A DNA stretch of 64,000 nt. It comes from Bdellovibrionota bacterium. Lineage in GTDB: Bacteria; Bdellovibrionota_C; UBA2361; JAAYZI01. A program made the position numbers and the translations under genes. The notes beneath the pieces were generated by a model. That model saw nothing but the letters and a program-made list of their open reading frames with translations, ran no database searches and was not told where the DNA came from. How positions within the stretch are numbered: position 1 is the stretch's first letter; each line of letters begins with the position of its first letter. Below, piece after piece: positions 62,400 through 64,000 of the stretch. The stretch lies in contig JBMNIF010000003.1 in the NCBI GenBank assembly GCA_050950765.1, forward strand, positions 32,001-96,000, read 5' to 3'.

Positions 62400-63584
62400 A
62401 TGTCACAAGATCTAAACTCTACCCCACGCTCTAATCGCCTCCATATCGCTTTTTATGGTAGGCGTAATAGCGGAAAATCGTCTCTTCTTAATTCTCTCGT
62501 TGGGCAAGAGGTCTCAATAGTCTCTCCCGTTGCCGGTACAACCACAGACCCAGTTCAAAAATCTATTGAGATTAACGGTCTCGGTCCTTGCGTTTTTATA
62601 GATACCGCTGGGTTTGATGACATAGATTCATTAGGTGATCTACGGGTAAAAAAAACAAAGGAGGTTCTGGAAAAAACGGATATCGCCCTTCTCCTCTTTT
62701 CTGAAACAGATATAGAAAAAGAGTTGCTATGGTGGAGAACCTTTAAAGAAAAAAATATTCCGTGCCTAGCAGTTATTAGTAAAGGGGATCTGATTCCAGA
62801 TCTTCCTAAGTTAGTTACCCTTTTAAAGGAAAAGTTATCCGTAGATCCTGTTGTAACTAGTGCAACAAAGAAAACAGGGCTAGAAGAATTAAAGGAAGAG
62901 TTACTTAAAGCACTTCCCGATGAGTATGAAAAAACGAGTATTGTTGGATCGCTAGCAGCTGAAAAAGATCTTGTGTTGTGCGTTATGCCTCAAAATATTC
63001 AAGCCCCTAAAGGGAGGCTGATCTTAGCACAGGTACAAACTATTAGGGATCTACTAGATAAAAAGTGTATTGTAGTTTGCGTTACAACTGATCTTTTAAA
63101 AGATGCTCTTAATTCGCTTAAAGAACCACCACACTTAATTATTACAGACTCTCAAGCTTTTAAAGAGGTCTCTCTCTTAAAACCTAAAGAGAGTATATTA
63201 ACTTCTTTTTCGATCCTCTTTGCTGCCTACAAGGGGGATATCGAATATTACAAAGCAGGTGTAGCGGTTTTAGATTCTCTTACTCAACAAGATAGAGTTT
63301 TAATTGCTGAATGTTGCACGCATGCACCACTCTCAGAAGATATCGGACGAGAAAAGATTCCAGCACTATTAAGAAAAAAAATAGGTGCTGATCTGGCGAT
63401 TGATATTGTTAGTGGTAATGACTATCCGCAAGACCTGACACAATATGCTCTAATTATCCAATGTGGCGGCTGTATGTTTACGCGTAGACATATCCTTGCT
63501 CGGATTGATCGTGCTAAGGATCAACGTGTTCCCATGACAAACTACGGCTTAGCCCTTGCGCATCTGTTAGGCTTACAAAACTAG
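62400..63584 (+). CDS. hydF: [FeFe] hydrogenase maturation GTPase HydF
   Basis: GRRNSGKSS, GTTTDPV, DTAG, APKGRLIL, ECCTH, CGGCM. Confidence 0.95.
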   Translation: MSQDLNSTPRSNRLHIAFYGRRNSGKSSLLNSLVGQEVSIVSPVAGTTTDPVQKSIEINGLGPCVFIDTAGFDDIDSLGDLRVKKTKEVLEKTDIALLLFSETDIEKELLWWRTFKEKNIPCLAVISKGDLIPDLPKLVTLLKEKLSVDPVVTSATKKTGLEELKEELLKALPDEYEKTSIVGSLAAEKDLVLCVMPQNIQAPKGRLILAQVQTIRDLLDKKCIVVCVTTDLLKDALNSLKEPPHLIITDSQAFKEVSLLKPKESILTSFSILFAAYKGDIEYYKAGVAVLDSLTQQDRVLIAECCTHAPLSEDIGREKIPALLRKKIGADLAIDIVSGNDYPQDLTQYALIIQCGGCMFTRRHILARIDRAKDQRVPMTNYGLALAHLLGLQN

Positions 63585-64000
63585 ACTGATACGATAACCG
63601 TATTAAGTTGTGTTACTTGTAATTTCTCGTTTTTCGATAAAACTTGAGAGGCTTTTAATACTTCGGTATCTCCACTTTGGAGGGCGGTATTTAAGATATT
63701 TTCTGCTGTTTCAGGGTTACCGCTCAAGTGTAAGATTATACCAAAGTTCCAAGCAGTTTTTGGATTATCAGGCTCTGCCTCAAAGGCTGCTTGAATCGCC
63801 AAGGTGGCGCTTTGTAAATCAATAAAGGAAGTTTCCGGCTCCCACGGTAGCCTTAACTTAAGGGCTCGCTTGGCAAAATCAGTGAACACTTTGGCTTTAT
63901 CTGCCGCTGATTGTATCTTCCAACCACCTTTTTCATAAAGAGCTAAGATGTTTTGCGGTGTTAAGTATCTATTTTTAACTTCAGCCTGTTCTCTAACGGA
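63581..64000 (-). CDS. 5'-partial protein with a TPR-like motif (runs off the window edge)
   Basis: The minus-strand frame is open to position 64000; EPDNPKTAWNFGIILHLSG resembles a TPR helix pair. Confidence 0.55.
   Translation of the reverse strand, partial: SVREQAEVKNRYLTPQNILALYEKGGWKIQSAADKAKVFTDFAKRALKLRLPWEPETSFIDLQSATLAIQAAFEAEPDNPKTAWNFGIILHLSGNPETAENILNTALQSGDTEVLKASQVLSKNEKLQVTQLNTVIVSV

Noticed and set aside
749..63825. Many short ORFs in the track overlapping longer genes (e.g. 749-1024, 30470-30895, 45311-45550, 61536-61967)
   Set aside because: Antisense or alternative-frame shadows of well-supported genes, with no motifs or RBS.

Overview
Bacterial chromosomal window (AT-rich, roughly 38-40% GC by eye), mostly housekeeping genes: serA-serC, trpB, two divergent fliD paralogues, tRNA-Leu(CAA), asd, ppiA, guaA, malic enzyme, ilvB-ilvN-ilvC, pfk, pgk, nadC-pbpC-birA-coaX, dnaE and the [FeFe]-hydrogenase maturation cluster TM1266-hydE-hydG-hydF. 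This suggests a flagellated, probably diderm anaerobe; the taxon cannot be determined here. Three accessory regions stand out. (1) About 45.0-47.2 kb, the best candidate for an undescribed system: three tandem self-contained units. Each has a near-identical sigma70 promoter, a structured ~170-nt leader and a terminator, but a strongly diverged paralogous ORF of unknown function. A 17-18 nt segment of each leader is complementary to the 3' end of the transcript, and unit 2 has an in-frame amber codon. (2) About 16.7-23.9 kb: an integrase-less defence/toxin island downstream of guaA (AbiE TA, DUF4268, DUF1016 pseudogene, AAA_14-DUF4143, Fic, HerA-like and wHTH remnants). It is subdivided by repeated copies of the guaA 3'-end core GAGTGGGA. 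(3) An intact IS1634-family element (6-bp target duplication) inside a 44-45-bp tandem repeat between ilvN and ilvC, carrying an outward extended -10 promoter. Family assignments come from motif recognition only; no database searches or folding programs were run.
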